Assembly (NCBI RefSeq): GCF_006345805.1 | Contig: NW_021824735.1 | Coordinates: 1-17,866, forward strand | Length of the DNA: 17,866 bases | Reading direction: 5' to 3' | From: Octopus sinensis | Taxonomy: Eukaryota | In this document: positions 17,698 to 17,866 of the stretch, one piece after another | Numbering within the stretch: position 1 is the stretch's first letter | Layout: each line of letters starts with the position of its first letter | Program-made: the position numbers and the translations under genes | The notes under the pieces: model-generated | Databases searched by the model: none | The model's input: only the letters and a program-made list of their open reading frames with translations | What the model was told of the DNA's origin: nothing

Positions 17698-17866
17698 GCT
17701 TACGACGTTGATTCCTTACACTGCCTTCACCACAAGCTTCACGAGGGAGGGAAGAGGGGAGGAAAACACAGGTGCAGGTGCGAGCATGAACGACAACGCC
17801 GCCGCCACCGACACATGAAAAAATTGGAAGAATCCAGACGACAGCTTCACAGTGAAATACTACTAC

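Overview
Eukaryotic, AT-rich, repeat-saturated DNA with no confidently supportable intact protein-coding gene, tRNA, rRNA or CRISPR array. The SINE families and microsatellite density resemble an octopus (coleoid cephalopod) genome; this is recognition from memory, not a database result. Almost all ORFs in the track are translations of microsatellites or SINEs. The window contains: (i) three tRNA-derived SINE groups, labelled here SINE-A, SINE-B and SINE-C, in about 19 full or partial copies; (ii) two decayed copies of a Tc1/mariner DD37D (maT-like) transposon and two kinds of TA-flanked MITE; (iii) a nest of same-orientation elements embedded in (ATT)n tracts, suggesting TAA-targeted retroposition; (iv) a (GATA)n-embedded LINE-like 3' end that shares its last ~50 nt with SINE-B; (v) large compound and higher-order microsatellites; (vi) local duplications, including a 353-bp block apparently copied from 2.5 kb away, bounded by a 19-bp direct repeat and carrying a fold-back junction; (vii) a possible RFX X-box promoter at the right edge. 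Family names are inferences from motifs and were not checked by any search.
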